From Myxococcales bacterium (GTDB lineage Bacteria; Myxococcota_A; UBA9042): a stretch of DNA of 64,000 bases. The notes beneath the pieces were generated by a model. That model did no database searches. It saw only the letters and a program-made list of their open reading frames with translations, and was not told the DNA's origin. Positions 27,479 through 35,145 of this stretch are shown here, piece after piece (within the stretch, counting starts at the first letter, position 1; each line of letters starts with the position of its first letter). The position numbers and the translations under genes are program-made. The stretch spans positions 2,936 through 66,935 of the forward strand of contig CANLIC010000014.1 in the NCBI GenBank assembly GCA_947491025.1, in the 5' to 3' direction.

Positions 27479-28108
27479 ATGACGACGACCCCGCCGCCGG
27501 CTCGGCCCGAAGCTGCAGAGGAAGCCCCGCCGCCAGACGACGCGCCGCCGGCCTTGCACTCGGCCATGGTGCTGCGCTTCTACGGAGGGGCGCTGGCCCT
27601 GGCCGTCGGGCTGTCGGCCCTCGGCGAGGGCGGCGTCGCCCGGCTCTGGCGTCCAACGGCAACTCCGTGGCCGGTGGCGCTGGCCGAGTCGCTAGCGTTC
27701 GCCGCCGCGCTGCTGCTCGGGTCGTGGCTTGGCGAGCGCTACTGGCCGGCGATGCGGCGGCTGACGGCTGAGCTGCAGACGGTCATCGGCCCCATCGACA
27801 CCCGGCAGGCTCTGCTGTGGGGCCTATGCAGCGGCGTGGCCGAGGAGGCGCTCTTTCGCGGCCCGGTCCAGGACCTGCTCGGCTGGCTGGCGACCGCCAT
27901 CGGCTTTGGCCTGCTCCATGGCGGCCTCTCGCGTCGGCTCATCGCTTGGAGCTGCTTTGCCCTTGTTGCAGGCGCCGGCTTTGGCCTTCTGACCGAGCGT
28001 CACGACAGCGTGTGGCCGGCGGCGCTGGCCCACATCGTTGTCAACGCCGTCAACCTCCGTAGACTCGGCGCTCGCTCCAGCAGCGAGGGGCGGGAGTCTG
28101 CGCGATGA
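27479..28108 (+). CDS. CPBP-family intramembrane glutamic endopeptidase (CAAX protease-like)
   Basis: Motifs are EEALFRGPVQ, FGLLHG and ALAHIVVNAVN, and the protein has multiple TM segments. Confidence 0.8.
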   Translation: MTTTPPPARPEAAEEAPPPDDAPPALHSAMVLRFYGGALALAVGLSALGEGGVARLWRPTATPWPVALAESLAFAAALLLGSWLGERYWPAMRRLTAELQTVIGPIDTRQALLWGLCSGVAEEALFRGPVQDLLGWLATAIGFGLLHGGLSRRLIAWSCFALVAGAGFGLLTERHDSVWPAALAHIVVNAVNLRRLGARSSSEGRESAR

Positions 28109-28350
28109 ATGCGGTGCGCTACGCAGGTTGGATCCTGGTCGACGCGCGCCTGGCGACAGCGACCGTCGTGTTCTCGCTGGCGATCGCCGTCGTCGTCATC
28201 GCTGCGTTTTTTCGCGGCCGTCGCTGGGATGAGCACGTCGTCGGCTTCTTCGCCGTGTTTCTCCTGATCCTGACGGCGACCTTGATTTTGACCAACGCGA
28301 TCGCGAGCTTCCCAGCGGTGCAGGTCGAGACCTTCTTTCGCGCGCAGTAG
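28105..28350 (+). CDS. Small two-TM membrane protein of unknown function
   Basis: The start has an ATGA overlap with the CPBP gene stop. There are two clear hydrophobic helices (ATATVVFSLAIAVVVIAAFF and VVGFFAVFLLILTATLILT). Confidence 0.55.
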   Translation: MNAVRYAGWILVDARLATATVVFSLAIAVVVIAAFFRGRRWDEHVVGFFAVFLLILTATLILTNAIASFPAVQVETFFRAQ

Positions 28351-28673
28351 GTCTTCCACGCTCGCACGGTCAGCGAAAAGTGGGCTGCCGCACGGGCTTG
28401 CAGCGCCTTGGGCCGCCCTTCGATGGCGCCGGGCGCCCTTGGGAAGCCGGCGGCGGCGAACGGCGGCGAGCTCCGGCGACGAGCGCGGTGGTTCGGAGCT
28501 GAGGATGGGCGGGTGAGGGGGCAGCCAAGCGGCCTTTGCGCGCCAAAGGCCTTGGGCAGACGGGCGACTCCAGCGCGGAAGGGCCCTTTCGCCAGCGCGC
28601 CCCATCCGCTATCGTACCGGCGCACGAGCCCGCAGCGCTGCAGAGACGGCGCCACTTGGGCCAGGGAGTCGGA

Positions 28674-31304
28674 ATGAGCATCCAAGGGCACCGGCAAGAC
28701 GCACGCACGCTCATCGGCGCCATGGTGCTGATTATGGGTTGTGCCGACGTCGGCGGCGGCCCGCCTGGGACCGGCATCGCAGCCCAGACGGACGTGGGCG
28801 ACGTCAGCACCGATATCCAGTTCGGGGACACGGGTGGCATCGACGTTGGCGTCGCCGATGGCCTTGTGCAAGACGGCGGCTGCACAAAGGACGCGCAGTG
28901 CGCCGACGGCAATGCCTGCACAGATGACTACTGCACCGGCGGCAAGTGCACCAACCCGGCCAACAAGGCCAACTGCGACGACGGCGACGCCTGCACGGGC
29001 GGCGACCGCTGCAACGGCGGCACCTGCGGCAAGGGCGCCGTCAACCTCTGCGGAGATACCGTCGATGGCGGCGAGGTGAGCGGTGACGCAGGCGACGCAG
29101 GCGATGGCGGCGGCGCCGAGGTGATCGCGCCGCCCAAGGTCCTGCCGGGCGACCTCGTCATCACGGAGCTGCACTACAACCCACACGGCGCATCCGAAGC
29201 GCCGATCCTCGACGGCGACGGCGAGTGGGTCGAGATCTACAACGCGACTGCGGCGCCGATCGACCTCACGGGCCTCACGCTCAAAGACGACGGCAAGGAC
29301 AAGTACAACGTCCTGGGCGGCACCACGACGATCCCGGCCAAGGGCTACTTCGTCTTTGGCCGGACGCTCGACAAGGCCGCGAACGGCAACGTCACCGTGG
29401 ATCACGCTTACGGCAACGCCATCACCCTCGGCAACACCACCGACAGCGTCGTGCTGATGGCCGGCGACGTCGAGATCGACCGCGTGGCGTGGGCGACCAA
29501 GACCGGGTGGCCGGCGGTGGTCGGCAAGTCGATGCAGCTCACCGGCGAGGTCATCGACGCCAAGGGCAACGACGTCCCCGCGGCCTGGTGCGCGGCGACG
29601 ACGCCTCTTCTGGGCGCTGATAGCAAGCCGACCGGCGACTCCGGCACGCCCGGCGGCGCCAACCCGAAGTGCCCGCCCGGCGATGGCGACAAGGACGGCG
29701 TCTCGGACGATTTGGACAACTGCAAGACGGTGCCCAACCCCGACCAGGCCGACAGCGACAACGACGGCGTGGGCGACTTCTGCGAAGAAGGCGTCCTCAT
29801 CAATTGCGGCGATGGCCAGCTCGACGTCGGCGAAGCCTGCGACGATGGCGACAAGTCGGGCGGCGACGGCTGCTCGCCCTTTTGCAAGTTCGAGCCGGTC
29901 CTCGAGCCCGGCGCGCTGGTGATCGCTGAGCTGCTGCCGAACCCGGCGACCGTGACCGATGACAAGGGCGAGTGGATCGAGATCTACAACCCGAGCGAGA
30001 AGCCGAGGACGATCAATGGTCTACGGATCTCCGTCGGCCCCAAGGACAAGGCCTTTGTCGTCGCGATCAGCAGCCCGCTCGACGTGGTGGTGCCAGGCAA
30101 GGGCCGCATCGTGCTGGGCAACAACGCCAACGCCGCGACCAATGGCGGGGTGGCCATCGACTTCGCCTACAGCAAGCTGACGCTGGCCAACGCCGGCACC
30201 CGCTTGGCGCTGCTGTCGCGCGATCCGACGCAGACCACCGTTGACGCCGTCGTCGATGAGATCACCTACGGCTCCGGTTGGCCGATCGGCAGCGGCAAGT
30301 CGATGGCGGTCGATCCCGCCTACCTCGATGTCGCCGGCAACGACGCGCCGGGCCACTGGTGCTTCGGCCAGAGTCTCTTCGGCGCCGGGGACCTCGGCTC
30401 GCCCGGCCAGCCCAATCCCGCTTGCAGCGACGGCATTCCGGACACCGACAAGGACGGCCTGCCGGACAAGAAGGACAACTGCGCGAACCACAAAAACCTC
30501 GACCAGAAGGACCTCGACAAAGACAGCGTCGGCGACGCCTGCGACAACTGCGCGAAGCTGCCCAACCCGGACCAGAAAGACGGCGACAAAGACGGGGTCG
30601 GCGACGCTTGTGAGGAGCCTGGCTGCGGCAACGGCGTCGTCGACGCCAAAGAGACCTGCGACGACGCCAACGCCATTCCGGGCGATGGCTGCTCGATGCT
30701 GTGCCAGAAGGAGGCGCCGATCGCTCCTGGCGCTCTGGTCATCACCGAGCTGATGATCGACAGCAAGGCGGCGGACGACGGCGTCGGCGAGTGGGTGGAG
30801 ATCGCCAACCCGGCGTCGGCGACCGTGGACCTGGCCGGCCTTGAGCTCCGCAACAAGACCGCGGTCCACGTCATCGCGCCCAAGGGTGGCTCGCTGCTGC
30901 TGACGGGCGGCCAGCGCCTTGTGATCACGCTCAACGGCGACCCGACCAAGAACGGCGGAATCACGCCAGCCTACAGTTACACCAGCGTCAGCTTGACCAA
31001 CGCGGGCGGCGAGGTGCGCCTGCTCTGGGGCGCCTTGGACGTCGACGCGGTGGTCTACGATCCCGGCGTCGCCGGTTGGCCGAAGCTGGTCGCAGGCGCC
31101 GCGATGCAACTGAGCTCAGACAAGACCTCGGCGGCGGACAACGACCTCGGCGCGAGCTGGTGCCTGGCGACGACGCCCTATGGCGCGGGCGATCTCGGCA
31201 CGCCGGGCACCAAGAACATACCCTGCCCGCCCGTCGACACCGCCTCGTCGGCGCCCGCCAAGCCAGAGGCGCCTTGGTATCTGCCGCCGGGGTGGAGCCC
31301 ATGA
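28674..31304 (+). CDS. Lipoprotein with three lamin-tail (LTD) domains, thrombospondin type-3 repeats and cysteine-rich CGDG...GDGCS modules
   Basis: ATG 28674 is followed by the lipobox LIMGC. LTD signatures are LVITELHYNP...GEWVEIYN, LVIAELLPNP...GEWIEIYN and LVITELMIDS...GEWVEIAN. TSP3-like segments are DKDGVSDDLDNCKTVPNPDQADSDNDGVGDFCE and DTDKDGLPDKKDNCANHKNLDQKDLDKDSVGDACDNCAKLPNPDQKDGDKDGVGDACE. Confidence 0.85.
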   Translation: MSIQGHRQDARTLIGAMVLIMGCADVGGGPPGTGIAAQTDVGDVSTDIQFGDTGGIDVGVADGLVQDGGCTKDAQCADGNACTDDYCTGGKCTNPANKANCDDGDACTGGDRCNGGTCGKGAVNLCGDTVDGGEVSGDAGDAGDGGGAEVIAPPKVLPGDLVITELHYNPHGASEAPILDGDGEWVEIYNATAAPIDLTGLTLKDDGKDKYNVLGGTTTIPAKGYFVFGRTLDKAANGNVTVDHAYGNAITLGNTTDSVVLMAGDVEIDRVAWATKTGWPAVVGKSMQLTGEVIDAKGNDVPAAWCAATTPLLGADSKPTGDSGTPGGANPKCPPGDGDKDGVSDDLDNCKTVPNPDQADSDNDGVGDFCEEGVLINCGDGQLDVGEACDDGDKSGGDGCSPFCKFEPVLEPGALVIAELLPNPATVTDDKGEWIEIYNPSEKPRTINGLRISVGPKDKAFVVAISSPLDVVVPGKGRIVLGNNANAATNGGVAIDFAYSKLTLANAGTRLALLSRDPTQTTVDAVVDEITYGSGWPIGSGKSMAVDPAYLDVAGNDAPGHWCFGQSLFGAGDLGSPGQPNPACSDGIPDTDKDGLPDKKDNCANHKNLDQKDLDKDSVGDACDNCAKLPNPDQKDGDKDGVGDACEEPGCGNGVVDAKETCDDANAIPGDGCSMLCQKEAPIAPGALVITELMIDSKAADDGVGEWVEIANPASATVDLAGLELRNKTAVHVIAPKGGSLLLTGGQRLVITLNGDPTKNGGITPAYSYTSVSLTNAGGEVRLLWGALDVDAVVYDPGVAGWPKLVAGAAMQLSSDKTSAADNDLGASWCLATTPYGAGDLGTPGTKNIPCPPVDTASSAPAKPEAPWYLPPGWSP

Positions 31305-31972
31305 GCTGCCGCCCGACACTGGGCAATTCTGGAGCGATGATGACCGCTTGGAACCTGTCTACTGCCGCAGCGCGCCTGACGCACGGCGCGACGGCCGCCT
31401 GCCGCCTCCCGCTCAGCGCTGGCCTGCTCGTCGCGTTGCTCGGCCTCTCTGCCTGCACGGTGACGCGCACGACGCCGACGATGCCCTGCGCCGGCGATCA
31501 ACACTGCCCAGCCGATGGCAAGTGGCAATGCGATGTCGCGCTCAAGCGCTGTGTGCCGTGCCTCGGCAGCTGCGAGGGCGCGCCCGTCGACGCCGGCGCC
31601 GACGCCGCCGCGGCCGATGGCAGCAGCGTCGACGCCGCGGACGCCGCGACCGCCAGCGACGCCCCGGCTTTGGATGCGGCCACCGGCGATGCCGCCACCA
31701 GCGATGCGGCCGGCGACAGCATCAGCTCCGAAACGGCCGACAGCAAGGTGGCCATCACGAGCTGCGCCGGCCGCTGCGGCCAGGTCGCTGGCGCCGATGA
31801 AGACTGCAACTGCGACGCCCTGTGCGCTGGCTTTGGCGACTGCTGCGACGACTACCTGGCGATCTGCGAGCCAAGCGACGCCAAAGACGCCGATGGCGCA
31901 ACGCTCGACGCCGCGGGCGACGTCGGCCAGACCGACGCCCTGCCCGGGGACACCACCGCCACCGCCGACTAG
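31301..31972 (+). CDS. Lipoprotein with a somatomedin-B (SMB)-type domain
   Basis: The start has an ATGA overlap with the upstream stop. The lipobox is LLGLSAC, followed by an acidic Ala/Asp linker. SCAGRCGQVAGADEDCNCDALCAGFGDCCDDYLAICE (nt 31763-31867) has all eight Cys at vitronectin-SMB spacing. Confidence 0.75.
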   Translation: MSCRPTLGNSGAMMTAWNLSTAAARLTHGATAACRLPLSAGLLVALLGLSACTVTRTTPTMPCAGDQHCPADGKWQCDVALKRCVPCLGSCEGAPVDAGADAAAADGSSVDAADAATASDAPALDAATGDAATSDAAGDSISSETADSKVAITSCAGRCGQVAGADEDCNCDALCAGFGDCCDDYLAICEPSDAKDADGATLDAAGDVGQTDALPGDTTATAD

Positions 31973-32014
31973 GCCATTGGCGCACGTCGGCGCTGCGAGG
32001 AGGCGGCGATCCCC

Positions 32015-34192
32015 ATGCGCCTACGCCGCCGGCCCACCTTCACCGCCGCGCTGATCTTCACGGTCAGCGGTCTGCTGATCCTGACCGCCGGCATGGTGAC
32101 GGGCCTCGCCTACCTCGGCGGGCGCGCCAGCGTCGAAGGCTTGGTCCGCCAGACCATGGCGCAGGCGACGGCGCTGACCGTCGACCACGCCGAGCGCTTC
32201 ATGCACGACGCCGAGTTCGCGCTGGGCCTCGGCCCGGAGCTGGTGCGCAGCGGCCTGCTCGCCGCCGATGACGAGCTCGCTGTCGAGCGCTACCTGGTCT
32301 CGGTCCTGCGTACCCGGCCGCAATTTACCTGGGCCAGCTACGCAAGCGCCGACCAGCGCTTTGTCGGCGCCTGGCGCGACGCCGATGGGCGCGTGCTGCT
32401 CAACCGCTCCTGGCCGGTCGGTGACAAGGTTCACATGCGCGAGTGGCAGCTGGGCGACGACGGCACACGTCGTCTGATTCGCCAGTCCGAAGACCACGGC
32501 TACTTGCCGACCCATCGCCCCTTCTATCGGCAGGCGGTGGCGGCGCGCCGCTTGGTGTGGACCGAGCCCTATGGCTTCTTTGGCCAGAGCATGGGCATTA
32601 CCTGCGCCCAGCCTCTGCTGGCGGAGGGTGGCGCGGAAGTCCGCGGCGTGTTCACGGTCGACTTCTCGCTGCTGGGCCTCTCGGATTTCTTGCGCGGGCT
32701 GCACCTGACGCCCAACGCCCGAATCGCCATCGTCGATGCCGCCGGCAAGCCCATCGCCAGCGGAGCGGCTGTACCCCCTTTGACGCCGGCTCAACAAGCG
32801 ACGACGGAGTTGGCGCTGGAGCAAAGCGCGCCCATCCACATCGGCGAGCTGGGCTGGCAGGTTCGGGTCGAGGTGCCCGAGCGCGACTACCTGGCCGATG
32901 TTCATGCACAGACCCGGCGCACCGTCGCCCTCTGCGCCGCGGCGCTCGCACTGGCGCTGATGGTCGCTTGGGGCCTCGGTCGCTGGATCGCCCGGCCACT
33001 GCGAGAGCTGTCCGCCCAGGCGCGGCGGGTGCGCGAGGGCGACCTCGACGTCCAGTTTGGCCCGGCAGGCAAGGCAAGGACGACGACGAGCGGCGGCGGC
33101 GGCCTCAGCGCCGAGGACGACGCAGCCGACGATGCGGGATCGCACGATGAGATCGGCGAACTGACGCAGGCCCTCTCGACGATGGTCGCCGGCCTGCGCG
33201 ACCGCGACTTCATCCGCGACACCCTCGGCCGCTACGTCAGCCCGGAGCTTGCTGCGCAGGCGTTGCGCGACCGTGACTCCGTTCGCCTGGGCGGCGCGCT
33301 GCGGCGGGTCACGGTGCTGATGAGCGATCTGCGCGGTTTTTCGACGCTCTCGGCGCGGCTCGGCCCCGAGGCGATGATCGGCCTCGTCAACCGTTATCTG
33401 GCCGTGATGACGCCGGTCATCCTCGACCACCAAGGCACGCTCAACGAGATCTTGGGCGACGGCCTGCTGGTCCTGTTTGGCGCGCCTTTTGGCCGTGACG
33501 ACGACGCACACCGGGCCTGCCTCTGCGCGCTGCAGATGCAGGCGGCCCTGGCGGAGCTGCGAATGGAGCTCGAGCGCGAAGGGCTGCCAGCGCTCCACAT
33601 GGGAATCGGCCTGCACACCGGCGAGGTCGTCGCTGGCAACATCGGCACCGAAGCGCGCGTGAAGTACGGCGTGGTCGGGACGGTGGTCAACACCGCGGCG
33701 CGCATCGAGGGGCTGACGGGTCCAGGGGAGATCTTGCTCTCGGCGGAGACCCTGGCCGAAGCCGGCGCGGGGTTCGCGGTCGGTCCGCCGCGCGCGGTCG
33801 AGCTCAAAGGCCTCGCCGCGCCCATCGATGTGCTGTCGCTGCTTGGGTCGGAAGGGGGGCGCGCCGCCCACGGCGGAGTGGAAGGCGGCGGTTGGCAGCC
33901 CTTCGACGCGGCGGTGCGCGTGCACGCGGTCGAGGGGGTCGAAGTGGTCGGTCCAGCATTGGCGGCGCGGGTGATCGGCCGCGCTGCGCTGGGGCTGCGC
34001 TTGGCGATGGCGCAGGCGCCCGCCGTTGGCACCACCTTCCGGTTGCAGGTCGAAGAGGGCCCGCCGGCCTTTGGGCGGGTGGTGGCGGTCGACGCCGACG
34101 TTGGGCCCTTGCCGGCTGGTTTCAGCGCCGAGGCGCCGCGCTGGCGCTGCGACGTCGCCGTTGCAGCGGAGTCGTGGCAGATCCTTCCCTAA
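32015..34192 (+). CDS. Membrane sensor nucleotidyl cyclase: TM, periplasmic sensor domain, TM, HAMP, class III cyclase domain and a C-terminal extension
   Basis: The HAMP segment is IARPLRELSAQARRVREGDLDV...HDEIGELTQALSTMV. The cyclase motifs are VTVLMSDLRGFS, NEILGDGLLVLFGAP, HTGEVVAGNIG and VVNTAARIE. Confidence 0.88.
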   Translation: MRLRRRPTFTAALIFTVSGLLILTAGMVTGLAYLGGRASVEGLVRQTMAQATALTVDHAERFMHDAEFALGLGPELVRSGLLAADDELAVERYLVSVLRTRPQFTWASYASADQRFVGAWRDADGRVLLNRSWPVGDKVHMREWQLGDDGTRRLIRQSEDHGYLPTHRPFYRQAVAARRLVWTEPYGFFGQSMGITCAQPLLAEGGAEVRGVFTVDFSLLGLSDFLRGLHLTPNARIAIVDAAGKPIASGAAVPPLTPAQQATTELALEQSAPIHIGELGWQVRVEVPERDYLADVHAQTRRTVALCAAALALALMVAWGLGRWIARPLRELSAQARRVREGDLDVQFGPAGKARTTTSGGGGLSAEDDAADDAGSHDEIGELTQALSTMVAGLRDRDFIRDTLGRYVSPELAAQALRDRDSVRLGGALRRVTVLMSDLRGFSTLSARLGPEAMIGLVNRYLAVMTPVILDHQGTLNEILGDGLLVLFGAPFGRDDDAHRACLCALQMQAALAELRMELEREGLPALHMGIGLHTGEVVAGNIGTEARVKYGVVGTVVNTAARIEGLTGPGEILLSAETLAEAGAGFAVGPPRAVELKGLAAPIDVLSLLGSEGGRAAHGGVEGGGWQPFDAAVRVHAVEGVEVVGPALAARVIGRAALGLRLAMAQAPAVGTTFRLQVEEGPPAFGRVVAVDADVGPLPAGFSAEAPRWRCDVAVAAESWQILP

Positions 34193-34197
34193 TCTGC

Positions 34198-35145
34198 CTA
34201 CCTGCGGCCACCGCGGCGGATCTTCTGCACGACGTGGCGCGCCCGCCAGGCCTGGTGGTCGCTGAGGCCCGCCGGCCGCGCGGCAAGCATCGCCTCGAGC
34301 CGCCGGACCACCCGGCCGTCGGCCAACTCGCCCAGGGCGTCGAGCGTGGCCTCGACGCCGTCGTGTCCGACGCGCTCAGGCTGCTCCAACAGGGCGGCCA
34401 CCTCGACCTGGAGCACCGCCAGCCGGCGCGCGCGTACGACGGCAAGCGCTTCACGGCGAAGCGCGCCGTCCGCGGCGGCGAGCGCGGCGGCGAGGGCCCG
34501 CACCAGCGCGCCGGAGGGGGCGAGCGCGGCCGACGCCCCCTGACCGCCGGCTGGCCGTTGCAGCAGGCGCATGATGGGCAACAGCGCGCCAGCATCAGCA
34601 CCAGCGACCGTCTCTCCACCCGCCTCAAGCTCAGCGATGATGCGGGCGAGGGCGGCTTGATCGTTCAGCGTGCCGTCACCGTCGGCAGCGTCTAGGGCGC
34701 TCGCCAGGGCGGCGTCGAGGACAGCGACGGCTGGCCCGGTCGGCGCCGGGGGCGCCGGCGCAACGCCCAGCCCTGCGTCGTCGTCGCCGCTGCGACCGGC
34801 CGGCGCGCCGGCGCTGGCCGCGACGCCGAGGAAGTCGTCTGGGGCTTCACGCCACCACGCGCCTGCCCAATCAGCGGCGGACAGGGTGGCGGAGGCCGTG
34901 AGGGTGGACGGCGCCGCGGCGTCGCCCTTGGCGCGGCAACGCGCGATGACGGCGTCGACGAGGCGCGCCGCGGGCGACAGGGCTGCGGAGGGATCGCCGA
35001 CCGGTTCGAGCACACACACCTCCGCGCCGGGATCGGCCTGGCCGGCTAGCGGCCCGCCGACTGCGGAAAGAGGGTCAGGTGGCGATCCACCCGCGACTGC
35101 GTCCACGGCTCGCTGGCGAGGGTCTGATCGAGCGGTTGTGTCCAC
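34198..35145 (-). CDS. Ala-rich protein with HEAT-like C-terminal repeats; the start is uncertain
   Basis: The HEAT/PBS-lyase-like segment is ATLDALGELADGRVVRRLEAMLA. The competing plus-strand ORFs are Ser/Arg/Pro junk. The longest ORF overlaps the upstream gene by 100 nt, so the true start is probably near 35019-35049. Confidence 0.5.
   Translation of the reverse strand: MDTTARSDPRQRAVDAVAGGSPPDPLSAVGGPLAGQADPGAEVCVLEPVGDPSAALSPAARLVDAVIARCRAKGDAAAPSTLTASATLSAADWAGAWWREAPDDFLGVAASAGAPAGRSGDDDAGLGVAPAPPAPTGPAVAVLDAALASALDAADGDGTLNDQAALARIIAELEAGGETVAGADAGALLPIMRLLQRPAGGQGASAALAPSGALVRALAAALAAADGALRREALAVVRARRLAVLQVEVAALLEQPERVGHDGVEATLDALGELADGRVVRRLEAMLAARPAGLSDHQAWRARHVVQKIRRGGRR

Noticed and set aside
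28531-28551. The inverted repeat GGCCTTTG-CGCGC-CAAAGGCC upstream of the LTD lipoprotein gene, considered as an operator.
   Set aside because: It is a single short hairpin in GC-rich DNA with no second copy or recognisable promoter context. It is noted but not strong enough to report as a feature.
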